From positions 512,001 through 576,000 of the forward strand of contig JACPJW010000001.1 of the NCBI GenBank assembly GCA_016187335.1: a DNA stretch of 64,000 nucleotides. Reading direction: 5' to 3'. Below the pieces are notes generated by a model. That model did not search any database. It saw only the letters and a program-made list of their open reading frames with translations, and was not told the origin of the DNA. How positions within the stretch are numbered: position 1 is the stretch's first letter; the number at the start of each line of letters is the position of its first letter. Shown in pieces: positions 1-8,869 of this stretch. The stretch is from Candidatus Aenigmatarchaeota archaeon. Its GTDB lineage: Archaea; Aenigmatarchaeota; Aenigmatarchaeia; GW2011-AR5. The translations under genes were made by a program, and so were the position numbers.

Positions 1-1
1 A

Positions 2-475
2 ATAAAGGAGATTACCATACCCGGGCATCCCCAGATATATTCATTCAGCAACGACTTGCGCGAGGTTCTGAAAGTCCCTGTCAGCGGCAAGGCTGACATG
101 CAGATTTTGTTTCTGCAAAGCAGTTCAATAGACATAGTTTTCAACGGGACAAGCACGCAAGACAACGCTTACTTCAGGGTGGTTCTCATAGATATGATAA
201 CGAAGATGCAGGCATATGCTTCAAATGAAGGGAAGCAGCTGACGTTCAGGTCGTATTATTTTGTTGACAGCAAATGGTACAATTCCACGAACGGGGAAAT
301 AGAAAAGCCTGGGCTGGGCACAGCCATCTGGCTCAAGGGTCCCGAAACAGGGGCCGAGGAAACCTCTGTAAGAGCTGATGAAAGCATAATCACGGTGCAG
401 GGCACTTCTTACAAGAACCTTACGCTTGCAGGCGACCGTCTCGTTCTTGTTGTTTTTGGGATAGACAGAATATGA
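2..475 (+). CDS. Hypothetical protein, 5' end truncated by the window
   Basis: Frame is open from base 2 (IKEITIPGHPQ...) through the 56..475 ORF; no recognisable family. Confidence 0.7.
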   Translation: MKEITIPGHPQIYSFSNDLREVLKVPVSGKADMQILFLQSSSIDIVFNGTSTQDNAYFRVVLIDMITKMQAYASNEGKQLTFRSYYFVDSKWYNSTNGEIEKPGLGTAIWLKGPETGAEETSVRADESIITVQGTSYKNLTLAGDRLVLVVFGIDRI

Positions 476-1857
476 TTAAAGGAAAAAGGACGATGGAATT
501 AAGAAACATAAGCACGAAGAACGAAAAGCGCTCTGCATTGGAAATTATTTACGAGAATAAATTCATTGCGGCAATTTTTCTTTTCAGCACCCTGTTCTTT
601 TTGTGGCAGCATTCCACGGGATTTTCATGGGATTTTTCTGCTTACATTCTTAACGCAAAGTATCTGGCTGGTTCGGGTTTTTATTATGAATGGGCAAGGC
701 AGCCTTTGCCTTCGTTGCTGATGCTGCCGTTTTCATTTTTTGGCTGGCTCCTTGCGGAATATGCCTACATTATTTTTGTTTCTTTGCTCCATCTGTTTTC
801 TTCTCTGAAGTTCGCCGAAAAATTCGGCGTTGACAGGACTTTGTTTTATGTTTTTTCAATGAACGCTTACGTCCTTGTATTCGGGCAGAAGCTCGGCAGT
901 GAGCTGCTTTCCCTGGCGATGCTGCAGCTCTTCATGGCTTATATTTACGAAAAGAGGACGGGTATATTTGCAGCACTTTCTTTTCTTGCGCGATACAGCA
1001 ACCTTAATTTTCTGGTTTTCATTTTTCTTCAAAGAAATGCGAAGAAAATAATAATTTCCTTTTTCCTGGCCCTGTTTGTCATATCGCCGTGGCTTTATTT
1101 CAACTACGCAAGAACAGGAAATCCGCTGACAAGCGTCAGGGATTCATACCTGCTTAACATTGTTTTCAGGAACCTGGATAACTACGTAAATTCCTTCAGC
1201 CTTTTTGATTTGCTGCTTGCGCTGAACCTGCTGCTTCCTATCATGCTTTTTGGATTGCTTTCTGAAAGGGGCGAAAAATACCACGTTGTGCTCGCTTTTC
1301 TCGCGCTTTCGGTTATATCGTACTTTTTTATACCGTTCAAGGAAGAAAGATACCTGTTTCCGATAACGCTGCCGGCTGCCTTTTTTGCCGCAAAGGGAGC
1401 GGAGAATCTTGATAAGCGTAAAATTATGCTCGTGTTTATTATTTTTTCCCTGGCGCTTTTGTTCTTTCTGCTTCCATTAGCAAGGAACGAGCCGCCTTAT
1501 CTTTACCAGTCAGTAAAATCTGATTGCATGGCCCGGTCAAACGCATGGGTAGCGCTGAATTATTACGGCGTCCCGAGCGAGCCTTACCCTGAGCAGAAGG
1601 ATTTTGCCGCCGCGCTGGAAGAAGGCTACAGGATTATTCTGTTCAAGGGCACAAAATTTCCGGTTTACGTAAATAATGAGACGTTCCTTGGACAATTTCC
1701 CGTCATGGAAGAAAACGACGGGGTTGTCGTTTACGGCGATTCCGGCAGATGCAAGAAGCCGGCAAGGTATGAGATGCTGTTTTTTGACAGGATAAGAAAA
1801 AAGATTGAAGAAGGCGACGTTGTCTGCGATTTCTTCTCATGCCGCTATTTGAAGTAA
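472..1857 (+). CDS. Multi-pass membrane glycosyltransferase-like protein (GT-C fold, PMT/ArnT-like)
   Basis: About 10 TM helices, acidic first loop (WDFSAY), ARY..L and KEERYLFP motifs typical of GT-C proteins. Confidence 0.6.
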   Translation: MIKGKRTMELRNISTKNEKRSALEIIYENKFIAAIFLFSTLFFLWQHSTGFSWDFSAYILNAKYLAGSGFYYEWARQPLPSLLMLPFSFFGWLLAEYAYIIFVSLLHLFSSLKFAEKFGVDRTLFYVFSMNAYVLVFGQKLGSELLSLAMLQLFMAYIYEKRTGIFAALSFLARYSNLNFLVFIFLQRNAKKIIISFFLALFVISPWLYFNYARTGNPLTSVRDSYLLNIVFRNLDNYVNSFSLFDLLLALNLLLPIMLFGLLSERGEKYHVVLAFLALSVISYFFIPFKEERYLFPITLPAAFFAAKGAENLDKRKIMLVFIIFSLALLFFLLPLARNEPPYLYQSVKSDCMARSNAWVALNYYGVPSEPYPEQKDFAAALEEGYRIILFKGTKFPVYVNNETFLGQFPVMEENDGVVVYGDSGRCKKPARYEMLFFDRIRKKIEEGDVVCDFFSCRYLK

Positions 1858-1864
1858 GAATTTG

Positions 1865-2158
1865 TCAATATCCCAGTTCTCTCAAAATTTTTCCTGCAGC
1901 TTCATCAGACGTGAACCCATGTGAATTTTCAATCAGCCTGCCGTTTGACCCTTCATAAGTGATAGAAAAGCCATCATAGATTCGCTCTATGGTAACTTCT
2001 TCTTCAGGCTTCCCGTCCCTATTTCTCGTAAACGTAGTCCCCAGCCTGTTCTCTCTTCCCGGAACCCGTTTCTCAGCAAGTGAACTTCCAAGTTTCCCAG
2101 CGGCGTTTTTACCACCTTTCTCCAAAATCGTTTTGATTGAACTTTTTGAAAAGTTCAC
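1865..2158 (-). CDS. Hypothetical protein, start uncertain (GTG 2158 or TTG further in)
   Basis: Non-overlapping part of the 1865..2323 ORF; the first ~55 aa of the called ORF overlap the upstream gene and are probably spurious. Confidence 0.45.
   Translation of the reverse strand: MNFSKSSIKTILEKGGKNAAGKLGSSLAEKRVPGRENRLGTTFTRNRDGKPEEEVTIERIYDGFSITYEGSNGRLIENSHGFTSDEAAGKILRELGY
2130..2157 (-). repeat. Type A hairpin module
   Basis: Minus strand TGAACTTTT-C-AAAAAGTTCA followed by ATCAAAAC; matches copies at 10953, 13031 and 42897-42925. Confidence 0.8.
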
Positions 2159-2172
2159 CTGATTAATGGCAA

Positions 2173-2814
2173 TCAGCAGAGTCTTTCGTAACTGGAGCAC
2201 AATATCTGCTGGACTTTTTCCCTTGTCTGCAGGCCTTCGTATTTCGTTCCGTTTATTACTATGGCAGGCGTGGCGTTGACCTGGTAGTTTGCCATGAGAA
2301 GCCTTATGATAGGCTCCTCCCACTCCCTGTTGAAGGCAAATACGCTTATGCTTTCGTTTGAGCGGTAAACAAGGTAGTCAAGGACCCTTCCCTGTTCCCT
2401 CGATATTTCCGATTCATCAAAGAAAAATATGACGCGGGGGGTTGTTATGTTGCACTGCTCTTCCTGGACTTCCGAGAAGAACCAGTACCTCATCAGCGAT
2501 ATTACGTACTGTTTCTGCAGCGTTTTCGCTTCTTCCTTGGGGATGTCGCCGATGTCAAATTTCCTCCCCAGATCGACCTTTCTTTTTATGACGTCCGGCA
2601 GCCTGTAGCCTATGTAGTCGCAGGCATTCGTGTTTTTTATCAGCGACAATTCCAGTTCAAGGCTCTGGAAATCAAGGAGGTCATTCTGCAAAGTCCTCTG
2701 TATTTCCTCTGTTCTTGAGGCTGTTATTTTTGAGCCTATGAAAAGCCCCGAGACGAAAACCAGCGAAGTTATCAGGAACGCAATAAGGTATTTCTTATCC
2801 ATGTTAAAAATCAC
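2173..2814 (-). CDS. N-terminally anchored protein with C-terminal thioredoxin-like fold, no CxxC
   Basis: TM helix at N-terminus; C-terminal YQVNATPAIVINGTKYEG resembles the cis-Pro region of thioredoxin folds. Confidence 0.5.
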   Translation of the reverse strand: MIFNMDKKYLIAFLITSLVFVSGLFIGSKITASRTEEIQRTLQNDLLDFQSLELELSLIKNTNACDYIGYRLPDVIKRKVDLGRKFDIGDIPKEEAKTLQKQYVISLMRYWFFSEVQEEQCNITTPRVIFFFDESEISREQGRVLDYLVYRSNESISVFAFNREWEEPIIRLLMANYQVNATPAIVINGTKYEGLQTREKVQQILCSSYERLC

Positions 2815-2832
2815 TCCATGATTTTTACACCT

Positions 2833-2851
2833 CAGAAACCTTCGGTTTCTG
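2833..2851. repeat. Single type C-like hairpin
   Basis: CAGAAACC-TTC-GGTTTCTG; covarying twin CAGAAAGC-TGC-GCTTTCTG at 32750-32768. Confidence 0.65.
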
Positions 2852-2907
2852 CAGGTATCAGCACCACATCATATTACAGTTAATTTAGGCAGTCCGATAC
2901 CTCCATC

Positions 2908-4107
2908 TTACCACTTCTTTTTTGTTCTCAGCATCTCCTGCGTGAAAGCCGCTATCCAGAGGAAAAGGTTTATGAAAGGGTAAACAATCATGTAGAGGGC
3001 GTATTCAAAGGGGCTTATTTTTTCCTTTATCTGACGCTCGCTGACTTTCAGTATGAGAAGGAACGTTGCAAACAGCGTCACAACGAAAAATGTGAAGGGA
3101 TTTATAAAATTGAAACTGGCCGTGCCGAAAAAATACAGGAAGTCGTAGCCGACAAGCTTTATATCAATGATATTTTTAGCCAAGGCAAGCAGGAAATCGT
3201 AGATTCCGAGCACGAGAAACGGGCTTGTGACAGCCAGAAGTATGTACTGTATGGGGAGTATGAAAATCCCAAGGTCACCATGCTTTTTTGAGAAGAACAT
3301 GTGCGAATATTTTTTTGTGTTGTAAATGTGCCCGCGATACCATCGCATGCGCTGGTCAAAAAGGTCGTGCATTGTTTTTGGCACCACGGTATAGGCGTAA
3401 TCCTCTGCCGTATTTTCTATCCTGTAGCCGTTGTCTTTCAGGCGAAGCCCTATCTCAAGGTCCTCCGTCAGGTTGTCCTCGTCAAAGCCCCCCAGTTTCT
3501 TCACTATTTCCGTTTTATAAAGCGCAAATCCCGGGGTGTAATACAATGAATTCAAAAAGCTCATCAGCTTTCGCGTGAAGGAAGCTATCATATACTCAAT
3601 TTTCTGGATTCTTTCCACAAAGTTGCGGGGTTCCACAGGCTTTATGACTGCTATGACAGCCGCGGCATCACTGGAAAAATAAGCCATCATGTTTCTCAAT
3701 GCGTTTTTTGACAGGGACGTGTCGGCATCAATAAAACCGAAGAATTTGCTGTTCACTGTTGAAAGGCCGGTATTGAGCGCGGCTGCCTTCCCCCGGTTTT
3801 CCTTTCTTATGTACCTTATGAAAGAATATTTTCTTGACAGTCTTTTGCCTGCTTCAGCTGTACTGTCCGTAGAGCCGTCGTCCACGATTATTATTTTCAG
3901 GCCCGGATAGTCCTGGCCTATCAGGGATTCCACGCAGTTTTCCAGATGATGCTCTTCGTTGTGGGCAGGTATGATCACTGACAATGAAGGCAGTTTTTTT
4001 AGGGATTTTCTTTTCGTTTCCTTGTTTCCAAGGAAAACCAGAAGCCAGAAAACCGACACGAAAAGCGACACGTAAACTGTTGTGTAGAAAAGTATGTCGT
4101 CAATCAT
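2908..4107 (-). CDS. Processive family 2 glycosyltransferase (PgaC/cellulose synthase-like)
   Basis: IPAHNEE, VDDGSTD, DADT, TED and QRMRW (QxxRW) motifs plus C-terminal TM helices. Confidence 0.9.
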   Translation of the reverse strand: MIDDILFYTTVYVSLFVSVFWLLVFLGNKETKRKSLKKLPSLSVIIPAHNEEHHLENCVESLIGQDYPGLKIIIVDDGSTDSTAEAGKRLSRKYSFIRYIRKENRGKAAALNTGLSTVNSKFFGFIDADTSLSKNALRNMMAYFSSDAAAVIAVIKPVEPRNFVERIQKIEYMIASFTRKLMSFLNSLYYTPGFALYKTEIVKKLGGFDEDNLTEDLEIGLRLKDNGYRIENTAEDYAYTVVPKTMHDLFDQRMRWYRGHIYNTKKYSHMFFSKKHGDLGIFILPIQYILLAVTSPFLVLGIYDFLLALAKNIIDIKLVGYDFLYFFGTASFNFINPFTFFVVTLFATFLLILKVSERQIKEKISPFEYALYMIVYPFINLFLWIAAFTQEMLRTKKKW

Positions 4108-5085
4108 CTAGCGGACCTCTTTCTTTGTGACTTCTCTTAAAACGACGGTAGCGTAGCTGCCTGGCGGCAGGGTAAAGTTTAGCAACGCTTTGTTGCCATT
4201 AATCGTATATTTTAAATAAGTTTTAATAAATGCCTTTCTTTCGCCGCCGGAGCACGACAGCCTGAGCTTGCTGACCATGAAATCCTTCGGGCTGATTTTT
4301 TCCCTTTTCATTATTTCGGAGGACTTTCCAGGCTTCTTTGTATTGCAGCCAATCAGCGGTATGAAGCCGCTGAAGTACTTCCCTTTCCTCACATAGCCAG
4401 CCAGCGTTTCATTGAAAATCCACGACTGGTAGGCGTTTACAAAGAACTTTAGGATTTCTTTTTTAACGTGGAATATTTCCTTGTAGTCTTTGCCATAAGA
4501 CTTGTTTATCAATTGCAAAGCTTTGTCAAACTTTCTTTTGACGATAAGCCGCCCTATGGCATGGTTATTGCCGCCGGCTCCGAAACGCTGCGGCCCGAAA
4601 TAATTAGGAAAGCCCCTTTTGTTTATTTCTGCAATGACTTTTTGCAATTTCTTTGCATTACATCCGTGCAGGGTTATTATAAATTCGTTGCCGATAAGGT
4701 TTCCTTTTGACAGCATTTTGTCGGAGGTTCCCGCCTTAACCAGTTCAATGCCGTTTTCTTTGAAGTCGCTCCCCCCTTCCATTGTTATGTGCTGTTCCGT
4801 TACGGCTTTCTTGTCTTTGAGGCCGGCAAAGCCTATTTTGCCTGCGCCGAACCTTTTCCTCAGCAATGCCAGGGCTTCGTGCGTCGTCATGTTCCTTTTT
4901 CTCAGCAGGAAAAGGTCGTACTTTCCTTCTTTCCTGCTGACACCGCCTGCCGTCCTGTACTTTGCAAAGTACTTCCTGTGGATGGTTTCCTTTACAATAA
5001 AATCTTCGGGCGATTTTATTTTTCCACCCGTTCCTGCTGACCTCGTCCAGTAAGGAAGCATGAGAATACTTCGGGCGCAGTTCAT
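4108..5085 (-). CDS. truD: tRNA pseudouridine(13) synthase TruD (start probably ATG 5061)
   Basis: FAGLKDKKAVTEQ catalytic motif, PNYFGPQRFG, F.LPPGSYAT. Confidence 0.92.
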   Translation of the reverse strand: MNCARSILMLPYWTRSAGTGGKIKSPEDFIVKETIHRKYFAKYRTAGGVSRKEGKYDLFLLRKRNMTTHEALALLRKRFGAGKIGFAGLKDKKAVTEQHITMEGGSDFKENGIELVKAGTSDKMLSKGNLIGNEFIITLHGCNAKKLQKVIAEINKRGFPNYFGPQRFGAGGNNHAIGRLIVKRKFDKALQLINKSYGKDYKEIFHVKKEILKFFVNAYQSWIFNETLAGYVRKGKYFSGFIPLIGCNTKKPGKSSEIMKREKISPKDFMVSKLRLSCSGGERKAFIKTYLKYTINGNKALLNFTLPPGSYATVVLREVTKKEVR

Positions 5086-5426
5086 TTAAGCAGCGGCAGC
5101 GAGCCCGTGACCCTGTTTATTACGCCGTCTTCGTGCGGGCCGATGCCCAGAGCGGTTATCGTTCCGGGCTTCGTTTCCGTAAGGCCCGCATCAGAAATTA
5201 GTGCATGAGGTATCCTGAGATGCTCGCATTTTTCCTTCAGCAGCAGCAGCTCTTTAAGGTCTTTTGCCTTTAGTATGACTTTCTTTTCTCCTTCTTTGTT
5301 CCATAATCCGATTATCTTTTTGTCGGAGCGCTTGTACGCCTCCAGCGATGCGTGGGCGCATTGCGCGGCTGTTTTTCCTTTGCTCAGCTTCAGGTCAGCT
5401 CTTACAACAATAACCTGCTTGTACAT
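5082..5426 (-). CDS. pth2: Peptidyl-tRNA hydrolase Pth2
   Basis: KQVIVVRADLKLSKGKTAAQCAHA, DAGLTE..PGT.T.LGIGP. Confidence 0.96.
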   Translation of the reverse strand: MYKQVIVVRADLKLSKGKTAAQCAHASLEAYKRSDKKIIGLWNKEGEKKVILKAKDLKELLLLKEKCEHLRIPHALISDAGLTETKPGTITALGIGPHEDGVINRVTGSLPLLK

Positions 5427-5451
5427 GGCTAATTAATGTATAAGCTGGTTT

Positions 5452-6039
5452 TTAGCTTTTGGCTGCCGCGGCCAGAATCCTCTGGACAGCTGATATGTTC
5501 GTCAGAACAGCGAGGAGAATGATTGCGTACGACAAATAAAGCGTGCTGAAATGCGCGGCCACTATGCCGGCAAACAGCAGAATAAGCCGCTCGGCCCTCT
5601 CAAGAAAACCTCCCTTTATTTCAGCAATTTCTTTCTCCTTTGCCGCGGCCTTCGCGTAAGTAGTCATCATGCTTCCGAAAAAGTAAATGAACAGCCAGAA
5701 ATATGAAGGAAAAAGCAAGCCCGGGATGTTTACGAACAGGAGCCCGATGATAATTATTCCTTCAACGTACCTGTCAATGATTGTATCCAGGTAAGCTCCC
5801 AGTTTTGTGACGTTGCCCGTGACCCGCGCCACGCTTCCGTCAATAAGGTCTATGAACGATGCGATAATGAAAAATGCCGCTGAAAGAAGGAACTGTTCCC
5901 TGACTAGGAAATAAAGCGCCGCAAAGGTCGGCAGCAGCGTGAGCAAAGTCCACTGGTTCGGGCTCAATCCCAAACGGCTGAATATTATGCCGACCTTTAC
6001 GCTGAGTTTGTTGAACCTTTCCCTTTGTCTGTACAGCAT
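5452..6039 (-). CDS. CDP-alcohol phosphatidyltransferase, probable archaetidylinositol-phosphate synthase
   Basis: DxxDGxxAR...GxxxDxxxD signature; directly downstream of ino1. Confidence 0.88.
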   Translation of the reverse strand: MLYRQRERFNKLSVKVGIIFSRLGLSPNQWTLLTLLPTFAALYFLVREQFLLSAAFFIIASFIDLIDGSVARVTGNVTKLGAYLDTIIDRYVEGIIIIGLLFVNIPGLLFPSYFWLFIYFFGSMMTTYAKAAAKEKEIAEIKGGFLERAERLILLFAGIVAAHFSTLYLSYAIILLAVLTNISAVQRILAAAAKS

Positions 6040-6111
6040 ATAACATGCTCCTTTTGATTCTTCAATGCACAGGAAGCGTGTAACGAATCCATGTCCATTG
6101 AATCTCGAGAA

Positions 6112-7212
6112 TTACCTTTCCCTTGAACCCTTGATGAATTCTTCCACCATTATGCGCGCCACGTCGTCAGGAAACTGCTGCGGCGGGCTTTTCATTGTGT
6201 AGGCAGAAATGGAATGCAGCGGCCCGCTTATGCCGCGGTCCAAAGCAATCTTGCAGCATCTTACGGCGTCTATAGCGGAGCCGGCTGAATTCGGCGAATC
6301 CTCAACAAGCAGTCTTAGTTCCAGTTCTACGGGCACCCCGCCGAATTTGCTGCCTTCTATCCTGAGGAAGCATATCTTCCTGTCGTTAAGCCAGGGAACG
6401 TAGTCGCTGGGGCCGATGTGTATGTTTTCTTGAGCAAGCTTATGCGGAAGAATAGATTGCACTGCCTGCGTCTTGCTTATCTTTTTTGAAGCAAGCCTGT
6501 CGCGGGCGAGCATGTTGAGAAAATCCGTGTTCCCGCCCACGTTCAGCTGGTACATCCTTTCTATCTTGACGCCCCTGTCTGCAAAAAGCTTGGCGAGCGT
6601 GCGATGAACGATTGTGGCTCCCACCTGTGATTTTATGTCGTCCCCTATAACAGGCAGCTTTGCGTCGGAGAATTTTTTCTGCCATTCGGGGCTTGACGCA
6701 ATGAAGACAGGCATGCAGTTGACCAGGGCAGTCTTGGCTTCCAGGCATGCATTGGCATAGTATTTCGCAGCCTCCTCGCTCCCCACGGGCAGGTAATTTA
6801 TCAGCATGTCAGCCTTTTTTTCCTTCAACACATCCGCCACGTCAGCGGCCGCTTCCATGCCGACTTTGAACGTGCTGCTTTCCGGGTAGTCCTTCATATG
6901 CGAAGCAACGCCGTCAAGAACAGGAGCCTTCATTACTTCTACGCTGAGGTTCGGCACGTCGCGCTGGAAAACATAGGTGCAGTTGGGCTTTGCAAATATC
7001 GCTTCACTGAGGTCTTTTCCTACCTTCCGCGCATCTATGTCAAACGCGGCAACAGGTTCTATGTCAGAAATCCTGTACCCTCCAAGGACATTGTGCATGA
7101 GCCCGGGCACGGCATCGTCATTGCTCGCTATGTCCTTGTAGTAAAATATGCCCTGGACAAGCGATGACGCGCAGTTCCCGACGCCTGCAATAGCGATCCT
7201 TATTTTCGGCAT
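6112..7212 (-). CDS. ino1: myo-inositol-1-phosphate synthase
   Basis: [41 protein letters not shown] motifs. Confidence 0.96.
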   Translation of the reverse strand: MPKIRIAIAGVGNCASSLVQGIFYYKDIASNDDAVPGLMHNVLGGYRISDIEPVAAFDIDARKVGKDLSEAIFAKPNCTYVFQRDVPNLSVEVMKAPVLDGVASHMKDYPESSTFKVGMEAAADVADVLKEKKADMLINYLPVGSEEAAKYYANACLEAKTALVNCMPVFIASSPEWQKKFSDAKLPVIGDDIKSQVGATIVHRTLAKLFADRGVKIERMYQLNVGGNTDFLNMLARDRLASKKISKTQAVQSILPHKLAQENIHIGPSDYVPWLNDRKICFLRIEGSKFGGVPVELELRLLVEDSPNSAGSAIDAVRCCKIALDRGISGPLHSISAYTMKSPPQQFPDDVARIMVEEFIKGSRER

Positions 7213-7216
7213 AGTG

Positions 7217-7260
7217 TATTTTACGTATGTAAAATATATATACTTTACATTGGTAAAATA
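7217..7260. promoter_or_regulatory. Two 20-bp palindromic operators in the ino1/padR divergent promoter
   Basis: TATTTTAC-GTAT-GTAAAATA (7217-7236) and TACTTTAC-ATTG-GTAAAATA (7241-7260). Confidence 0.65.
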
Positions 7261-7288
7261 TTAAAACCGCTGCGCTGAATGATTAATA

Positions 7289-7651
7289 ATGACAAGGCAC
7301 GGAAAGAGCACCGGAAAGGGATTTTACGGTCCTGATGCTTCCGACACGCCTGAAATGCGGCGCCTGAAGAGAATGCTTACCACGGAATCCCTGTGGCTTT
7401 GGATATTAATTTTGCTGTCAAGGAAACCGAGGCATGCTTACGTTCTAAGAAACGAAATAAGAGATGAATTCGGGTTCATGCCGGGCAACGTGACATGCTA
7501 TAAAGTTCTTTATTTTCTCAAAAGAGGAAACTACGTAGGCATTAAAGAAGAAGGGAGAAAGAAAATATATTACATAACAGAAAAAGGCAGGAAAGAGCTG
7601 TCAAAAGCAAAGAAATTTCTGGAAGAAACTTCCGAAGAATTATTTGACTGA
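7289..7651 (+). CDS. PadR-family winged-helix transcriptional regulator
   Basis: ILILLSRKPRHAY..., Y..L..L...GY, RKKIYYITEKGRKEL. Confidence 0.88.
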   Translation: MTRHGKSTGKGFYGPDASDTPEMRRLKRMLTTESLWLWILILLSRKPRHAYVLRNEIRDEFGFMPGNVTCYKVLYFLKRGNYVGIKEEGRKKIYYITEKGRKELSKAKKFLEETSEELFD

Positions 7652-7665
7652 ATAAGAGGATTATA

Positions 7666-8154
7666 ATGGTATTCGGGATATCGGCGCTTGTGAGCCTTGT
7701 AAACGCATACGGATATCCCGCCATATTCGTTGTCGGCTTTCTGAGCAGCTTCACGTTGTTCATCCCTTCGCCGGCTTTTTTTGTCGTCTTCCTTTTTGGC
7801 GCCACGCTCAACCCTGTTGCCCTGGGCGTTATTGCAGGCGCTGGAGCGGCGCTGGGTGAAACGACGGGATATATAGCCGGTTACGGCATCAGCAAACTGG
7901 CGAAAAATCAGAGGAAAAAGCTGGCTGAAATACGGAAGCTGATCCACAAATACAGCCCCGAAGTTGTCATATTCCTTTTTGCCGCCACGCCGCTGCCCTT
8001 TGATTTTGTCGGCATATTCTGCGGCACGATAAATTTTGACAGGAAGAAGTTTTTTGTTGCCACGCTCCTTGGAAAGATTGTCAAATTCATTTTCATTGCT
8101 TATGCCGGCTTCTACGGGCTTCACTGGGTCCTGAACTACGCCGGGCCTGACTAA
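7666..8154 (+). CDS. DedA/VTT (SNARE-associated) membrane protein
   Basis: FTLFIPSP, GAALGETTGY.AG, FAATPLPFD..GI..G, LLGKIVK. Confidence 0.85.
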   Translation: MVFGISALVSLVNAYGYPAIFVVGFLSSFTLFIPSPAFFVVFLFGATLNPVALGVIAGAGAALGETTGYIAGYGISKLAKNQRKKLAEIRKLIHKYSPEVVIFLFAATPLPFDFVGIFCGTINFDRKKFFVATLLGKIVKFIFIAYAGFYGLHWVLNYAGPD

Positions 8155-8226
8155 TTATCCTCTTCTTTTCTCAGCTTCGTCTATCGATTATTCTTTCAAT
8201 CGATACATTCCTTTTCTGTTTATGAT

Positions 8227-8304
8227 AATATTTTTCTTTCCGTTAACGCTTTCTAATATTTTCTTTTCCGCGAACGCTTTTCTTTTCAAAAGAAAAGGGT
8301 TCTA
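8227..8304 (-). repeat. Type B hairpin module starting at the carS stop codon, with a tandem duplicate of its right arm
   Basis: TAGAAC-C-CTTTTCT-loop-AGAAAAG-C-GTTC-GCGGAAAA, then a second AAAGCGTTAACGGAAAGAAAAATATTA. Confidence 0.8.
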
Positions 8305-8817
8305 CCACGGGTGCTTTTTCAGCTTCAGTATGTAGGCTACGTTGTTGGTTGCCCAATGCACGACAGGCGTCATGATAAAGAGGAGAATAATCATGCTTAT
8401 TTCAGGCCTGTAAGCCGGCGAAGAAATAATCAAAGCCGCTATAAGGAATGTAAGCTGGTCAAACAGCGGAAAGTGCTGTCCCCTGGGTATCCCGAATCTC
8501 CTTTTTATGAAAGACCCCCCCACATCCCCGATAAGTGCGCCTGCGCTTAATAACAGAACCAGAGTTAAATTCAGTTTCACGAGATTAAGGTTTGCCGGCA
8601 GGTAATCCTGTGCGTATATCTGCGCCAGTCCGAACAAGGTCCCTATCGCGATGCCGCCGAACGTGCCTTCCCACGTCTTTCCGTCGCCCAAAAGCCTGTT
8701 TTTGCCCAGCCTCCTGCCGAAGTCCAGCGGCCTCTTGCCCTTGAGGAGAACCGGCGAGGCATTGGCTATGTAGGCAGGAGCTATGAACCACAAGGACTGC
8801 AAAATAAGCGAGAACAT
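8302..8817 (-). CDS. carS: CDP-archaeol synthase CarS (DUF46)
   Basis: PAYIANASPV, PLDFG, LGDGKTWEG, GD..GSFIKRR..I.RG, DQL.F, LKLKKHPW. Confidence 0.93.
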   Translation of the reverse strand: MFSLILQSLWFIAPAYIANASPVLLKGKRPLDFGRRLGKNRLLGDGKTWEGTFGGIAIGTLFGLAQIYAQDYLPANLNLVKLNLTLVLLLSAGALIGDVGGSFIKRRFGIPRGQHFPLFDQLTFLIAALIISSPAYRPEISMIILLFIMTPVVHWATNNVAYILKLKKHPW

Positions 8818-8869
8818 TTGTTAAACTATATCCGATGTTATTAAAATGCTTTGCCCGAAAGGAATAACC

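Noticed and set aside
2860-2905. ATGATG...CTGA on the minus strand as a C/D box sRNA
   Set aside because: The boxes are only a few nt apart, too short for a guide RNA.
6040-6111. TTCAATG/CATTGAA stem followed by ATCAAAA after the ino1 stop; similar weak cases at 13550-13570, 34413-34433 and 37015-37070
   Set aside because: Plausible degenerate members of the hairpin family, but too divergent to call by eye.
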